In this document: positions 58,358 through 64,000 of the stretch, one piece after another | Numbering within the stretch: the first letter of the stretch is position 1 | Layout of the letters: every line of letters begins with the position of its first letter | Assembly: GCA_963804645.1 (NCBI GenBank) | Contig: CAWDRG010000009.1 | Coordinates: forward strand, 640,001 to 704,000 | Direction: 5' to 3' | Length of the DNA: 64,000 nt | Origin: an uncultured Bacillota bacterium | GTDB taxonomy: Bacteria > Sysuimicrobiota > Sysuimicrobiia > Sysuimicrobiales > Segetimicrobiaceae | Translations under genes and position numbers: made by a program | Notes under the pieces: generated by a model | What the model was told of the DNA's origin: nothing | What the model saw: the letters and a program-made list of their open reading frames with translations, nothing else | Database searches by the model: none

Positions 58358-60200
58358 ATGGGCGAGCCGGGTGGAAGCTCAGGGGCACCTGATTACGTGA
58401 TCCGGCCGCCTGCTGCATTTCGGCCGGAATGTCCATCAAACTATTGGTGCGACGGAACCGTTAGATCTAACGCCTGCTGCGGGTAGTGGACTGCTCCTCT
58501 CGGTCGGTGCCCGCAGGGTGTGGGTCCGGGGAATATGTTCCTCTCGATCGGTGCCCTGCTTGTTTTGAGTGCGGGCATTGGGCTCGCCCTCTCGATTCTC
58601 ATTGCGGTGATCTTCCGCAAGTATGCGACGCCTGAGCATGCCGTCGCTGACAGCTTCAGTGAGTTTCACACACGCCTGAGCCAGCTGCAAGGTCAGTTCT
58701 CGAGCGATTGCGCCAATCCGGTGGTGCCAAGCGGTGGCTCAGCCGACGCGGCCCGGAGAGAGGTAGGCGAACACCTGCATAGCATCAACAAAGAGCTTCG
58801 TCGGAACGGGCTGCCGTGGGTAAGGGGGACAGGCTATATTAGCCTCTGGGAACGCCTGCACCGTGCCGAAGAAGCCCTCATCGAATTTCAGCCTTCGGGG
58901 GCGGTCGTCGCGGGGGCGATCCTGACGCGCAGCGGCTTCGCGGTTCAAAAATTCCACGCTGCGAAGACGTGATCAAGCAACTGGGGCAGGCTGTCGAGGC
59001 CATTGATCCGTCCGCTCGGAAATACCTTTTTGATCCTCCCACAGCGGCTCTGCCACTAGTCATCAAGAGCCAGCGCAGGCTGGACGACGCAATTGTCGGT
59101 GTCACGTGGTTTAGAAGCTCTCGCGGCGAGCGGGGGCACGCCCCCGTACCATTGGACGTCCGACGACGCGACGCTGCCGCAGTGGGCAATGCTGAGCGAT
59201 ACGGGCGTGGTGGGCGGCACGCCGCCACGGCAGACGGTGGGGCCATGCGGATTTACTGCTCGCGTGACGGATAGCGCCAGCGTGACGGCCACCAAAGATT
59301 TTGCTCTAACTGTCCGCGAGCTGGAGAATGCGACGCTGCTCGATGCGACGTTGGAAGGGCGTACAAGGGAGTCGGGAATCAGCAAGCGGCGTCCGCATAC
59401 ACGAGTGGTCTGATCAAAACTCCTTGCAAGGCGGAGTGGGACTTGCGCGAGAGGGCGTGCTGACCGGCGCGCCGGCGACTGCCGGGATGCTTCGCGTTTC
59501 GGCGCGGGTCGAAAGCGAAGGGCAAGAGATCACCGAAGATGTCACATTAGTTGTGAAGACTCCAGCGGATCGGATTGGTGACAGTGACGCAGATCGAGGC
59601 ACATTGGCGCGGGGTGTGTTGCGCACTGTTCGCCTCGTCATCGATGAGTTCGCGACCAAAACTGGAACGCGATCGTGCTCGCCCGCAATCGCCTCGCGGA
59701 ACTCATGTTTCTCACGGGACTGCTTGGGTACGCGTTACTCGCGATTGCCATCGGGGTGAAGGCGCAACGGAACTCGAAATTGGCTGCTGCAGCGGTTTTC
59801 TATCTGGCTGGTGCGACAACGGGGCTGCTCAGCCGACTGTACAGTGAGTCCCAAGGATAACGCGGTCGTCGGGAGCATTGATCGGACTATGGTCTTGTGC
59901 CGATGCGGGTCTGACATGCTGGTAGTGTCCGGTTTGGCGGCAATTTTCGGTGTGGTGTTGGTGGCGATGCTGCCGCAAGCTGTGAGTGCGTTCACGAGCG
60001 CGGTTGGGGCGGTGGTAACGCGACCCAGCATGCCGTCGTTGGCAGATATTCTCGATCTCGAAGGGCACCTCGCTTACATCATTGTGGCGGCGGTTTTTGG
60101 CCTGACTCCAGGCTGTTCTTTAACCGGCTCAGGGCCTGGCCGACACTTTTCAAGAAGGATTTGAAATCCACCAGCGCCCATCAGAACGAGGCGTCGATGC
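58358..60200 (+). pseudogene. Multiply frameshifted membrane protein with Ig-like (He_PIG-type) repeats
   Basis: GGGGAGGTGA RBS; fragments in successive frames: TM segment, ASGGTPPYHW...FTARVTDS Ig-like repeat, C-terminal TM segments; end approximate. Confidence 0.6.
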
Positions 60201-60797
60201 GGCAGGGGCGTCGGTGTGGGGCGCCAGGGTTCAACGGCGGCCCTTCACCATCGCGGAATAGATTACGCGTTGATCCTTTCCGAGTGTAGGATGTGATTAT
60301 ATCGTTCAGTATGCCCCCCCACATAATATGGGATTTTGAATGCTCTGCCAAAAAAAGGATAGTTTTGAATTTTTCCGTCGAAGAAATGTTCGATCACCAA
60401 GCGGTAAGCGCTCGGTGCCTACCGCCATGTGCCGACGGTCCACACTGACACCCGCCGGACTGCGGCGGATGACGGTACTCGCTGCGCGGCTGTGCTTCCG
60501 GATCGAGGGAACGGGGGGCAGTCAAATGCGGCGTGGCTGGATGCTGACGGTGCTGATCCTCGGTTGCGTGTAAGGTGTCGACGGCACCATCGCTGGCTGA
60601 AATCACCGGCATGCTCCGCCTGATTAAAGCGTCCACGTTGGCGGATACTTTGGAAGAACAGGGATTTGATGGTCTGAAGATGAAGCCGCAGCGCGGCGGC
60701 GCTGCCATCTCGCGGCGAGGACAGGTGCAGCGTCGCAAGCGGGCGGCAGACAGTTGACGACGTAGTCAATGCAACCCTCCGCGAGGGGGGCGTGGAA

Positions 60798-61581
60798 ATG
60801 GGGACGCGGCTGCAAGGGAAGGTGGCCCTTATCACCCGGGCATCTCAGGGAATGGGACGCACCGCGGCGATCTGTTCGCGAAGAAGGGGCGCGTGTCGCG
60901 ATCGTCGACGTGGACGAGGCGCAGGGCGTCGAGGTCGCCGGCATCATCACCTCCGCCGGCGGGGAGGCGCTGTTGGTCCGCGCGGACGTCAGCGACGCCG
61001 GGCAGGCCCGCGCGGCCGCCGATGCGACCGTCGCCCGGTTCGGCCGCCTCGACGTGCTCTTCAACAACGCGGCCGTCCGCGCGAACGGCGCGCTCCACGA
61101 AATGTCCGAGGAAGACTGGGATCGCGTCGTCGCCGTCAACCTCCGAGGCGTGTTCCTAATGTCCAAGTTCGCCATCCCGTATATGATGAAGCAGGGAGGC
61201 GGCTCGATCATCAACATGTCGTCGGCTGTAGCGTTCGTCGCCATGGAGCGGCGGGCGGCGTATATTGCGACGAAAGGCGCCGTGCTGGCGCTCACGCGCG
61301 CGATGGCGACGGACTACGCGGACCACCACATCCCCGTGAACGCGTTGTGCCCCGGGACCGTGGCGACACCGCGTCTGGTCGCGTCCCTCCGGCCGCCGGG
61401 CGCCGGGGCGCAGGCAACATACTGCCGGTCATCTACACGTCAGGGGACGCTGGCCCGGCCGGATGAACTTGAGGCCGCGGCGCTGTTTCTGGCTTCCGAC
61501 GACTCCAGCTTCATGACGGGCGCCCCGCTGAACGTCGACGGCGGGTTCATCGCTGGCCGGCGGGCGTGGCCGGCCCAATGA
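60798..61581 (+). pseudogene. Short-chain dehydrogenase, frameshift near 60875
   Basis: LQGKVALIT in one frame; EEGARVAIVD, NNAA, YIATK, VDGG in another. Confidence 0.8.
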
Positions 61582-61951
61582 CCCGCAGACCACCGCGCCG
61601 CACCCACGGCGCGGTCGGGAAAGAGGCGTGAGAGCTGTGGCAACGGTGATCGAGGCTCCGGCGCAGGCACCTACCGCATCGCTGGCCCGGTTCATCGCCG
61701 GCCTCGGGGACAGCCGCTGCACGCATATCGATGAGGCCGCGTGCTGGGCGCCGTCCCCGAAAGCTCGCGGCCAGGAAGCCTGGGCGAGCTCGTCCCTGCG
61801 GAAGGCGCGGACGACGGATTCGAGCGGTGTGACGCCGCTCTTGAAGAGTCCGCCTCCTCCTAGAGGCCCTTCGCTCCTCCGGCATCAGGTTATGCCGTCA
61901 CGTGCGGCTTACCGTCCACTACCTCCCACTACCCGTCTGTTACAAGACGCT

Positions 61952-62587
61952 CTAGCCGTTCCAGCGTGAGGTCGCACAAGAATTAACAACCAGCGTCGCG
62001 GAGGAGAAATCATTGGTCCGTGTGTGCGCGGTTGGAACGGCGACCACTGGCATTCCAGCATCTCGGGCAGCTAGCACGCCTTTTTCCGCGTCCTCCAGCA
62101 CCACACATCTGGCAGGCTCCGCCCCGAGATGTTGAACGGTATGAAGAAACACATCGGGATAGGGTTTGGCGCGCGGGACACTTTCTCTGGTCGCAATCAC
62201 GTCAAACACACTTGCAGCACCGATCTTGCGAAGCACGGGGTCGACATCCACCCGAAACGCAGACGTGGCCAGCGCGAGGCGCACGTGTGACCGCAGGGCG
62301 TCAATCAGTTCGAGCGCACACGGCATCGGTTGCAGTTCGGCCTCCAGCAGCGTCGAATAGTAAATCAGCTTGCGTCCTCTCAGCACCTCTGGGTCGCGTC
62401 GGACGCCACGGGCGCGTAGGTAACTCGATGCCACCGGCGCTCGGATCGACAACGCATATCATCAACCGAGCGGCATGCCAATTTCTGCGAGCGTGTCTAG
62501 CCAAGACCGGTAACGCAGGCCTTCCGTGTCAACGAGAAGTCCGTCAAGGTCGAAAATAACGGCCTGCAGCGCTGCCGCGGATGGCAT
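61952..62587 (-). pseudogene. HAD family phosphatase, disrupted
   Basis: Manual translation from 62587 gives AVIFDLDGLLVDTE then a stop near 62460; ATS, KPYPD, LED motifs follow in the 61952-62452 ORF. Confidence 0.78.
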
Positions 62588-62592
62588 GATCG

Positions 62593-63334
62593 TTAGCGGT
62601 ACCCGCCGTAGATCGCGTGTCCGGCATACATCCAGAAACAGTCAACGATCTGGAATCCGACTTCGCGTAGCCAGTCCAACTGGTCGACGAGGCGAGACGG
62701 CTGATCCACCGGATCCGGCACATCCAGCCGGTAGTGGTTCCAGCGATCATCTCCAAACCCATCGCGCGCGCGCGCATCGCCGAACCTGCGCAGGCTCCGC
62801 TCTTGGACCGCCTCGTCCCACTGCGAAGCAAAGAGACGCGCCACATGAGGCGTCGCCGCCTCGACGAGATCAGCGACGAGGAGCGCGCCCCCGGGCTCCA
62901 AGCGCGCGGCCAAATCCGCGAACAGACGCCGTTTCTCAGGCCCAGGGATATGGTGAATCGCAAGCGAGGAGATCACACACCGCAACGATACCGGAAGAGT
63001 GGCCCGCCAATCGTCGGTACTGTGAGCAACATCTGCGTGCTGCACACGTCGCCGAAGATCCGAGCAACCGCCGCTCTCGCTCCAGCATCACGTCGGAACC
63101 GTCGAACGCGAGCACCTGGCACCGGGGAAATCGCTCGAGCATCTCCTTAGCAAACGTCCCATCGCCCGCAGCGAGCTCGACGATCGTGAACGTTTCGTCA
63201 GCGTCAGCCGGGATCAGGTCGAGAAGAACGCGCCGCTGCTCTTCGCGTGCAGGAACGTACCCGTCGCCGATCTCGGCGAATCGCTCAGAGTCGGCTTCAG
63301 TCCAGCGCGACGGATCGCCGGGATTGCGTAACAT
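62593..63334 (-). pseudogene. Class I SAM-dependent methyltransferase, frameshift near 63045
   Basis: VELAAGDG and FDGS in one frame; SSLAIHH, LEPGG in another. Confidence 0.78.
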
Positions 63335-63445
63335 GATCTCGGCAAAATTCGCGATTGTCAGTGATTGCTCCCGCTCTACCAACGGTAGAGGGTGCCACAC
63401 AAGTGTTTGCTGAAATGATACATGCCGTTCGCTGAACGTTCGCTG

Positions 63446-63840
63446 GCGTGCCCAGAGAACGGGACGCCATGAAAGGAGGTGGGTTTTCGGAACGAGGCGA
63501 TCTCGTGCAAGCTCGTGTTCGCCTACCGGTGGAAGTCCGGTCCGGGTAAGCGCCAGGGCGCCCGGTAGCAGGCTCCTGGTGCGAGGTGGAAACGCCTGGC
63601 ACTGAAGCGGAGCGTCGAAGGCCTGAAGTCGAGGAAGCGACCGCTCAGCCCGTAACATGACGTGAATCCTGCCGCCTCGTGAAGTTAACCCCGCAAGGGG
63701 ACCAGAGGGAGCCGAGTCGGGTAGTTCGCGACGAAGGCCATGGAAAGCGTGAAGCGCTTGGAGATGCAGCGCTGAAGGACCCTCCGGGGTATGGGGAGCG
63801 GGATGAGCGGAAGGTGGACACGGGAACTGGGGACACCCGC
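63446..63840 (+). mobile_element. Probable group II intron 5' fragment (domain I region)
   Basis: GCGTGCCC..GGG start, CCGGTGGAAGTCCGG hairpin, GAGCCGAG..CGAAGGC and GGGAACTGGGGACACCC resemble bacterial group II intron domain I; no RT or domain V seen. Confidence 0.6.
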
Positions 63841-64000
63841 CCCCCGGGTGACGGACCGTTTCCGGCCGTTGTACTTCTCCCCGGCTGTGACGGGAGCTTC
63901 GACACGATCAACGAACACTACTTGGCGCTCTTTCAGCAACAAGGGTACGTCGTACTCGCGCTTGATGTGCACGGGTCGAGACACGTCTGCCCAAACTTGT
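63841..64000 (+). CDS. Dienelactone hydrolase-like fragment, runs off the window
   Basis: Manual translation PPGDGPFPAVVLLPGCDGSFDTINEHYLALFQQQGYVVLALDVHGSR. Confidence 0.65.

Noticed and set aside
56505..58486. Short ORFs across the conserved repeat block (e.g. 56635-56955, 58118-58486)
   Set aside because: Similarity comes from the DNA repeat; an indel shifts the frame between copies and no RBS supports them
60227..60250. Possible fourth tRNA 3' fragment (GGGTTCAA...CCCTTCACCA)
   Set aside because: Match is too short, T-stem does not pair and the CCCATG dyad does not follow

Overview
High-GC bacterial chromosome segment. Positions 1-55680 are densely coding metabolic and transport genes: phosphonoacetate hydrolase, amidohydrolases, three ketopantoate-reductase-like paralogues, acyl-CoA enzymes, peptidases, two amidases, peptide ABC components, Kup, a MerR-EmrAB efflux operon, an HMGL-like synthase and Ku. 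A tRNA-Ser(CGA) at 55682-55773 marks the start of a visibly less GC-rich accessory region. The most unusual structure is there: the tRNA 3' end plus its downstream flank recurs twice in degenerate form (ending 56525 and 58028), delimiting small integrase-free units that each carry one unrelated cargo gene, like a tRNA-anchored cassette array. This is followed by frameshifted gene remnants and a probable group II intron 5' fragment. Other signals outside the ORF track: a perfect CGAAC-N4-GTTCG (LexA-type) box in the ku promoter, a 19-bp-spacer MerR-type promoter, a 52-aa Arg/Lys-rich gene and a candidate yybP-ykoY-like riboswitch. All family calls come from motif recognition by eye; no database search was run. 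Frameshifts may be sequencing or assembly errors.
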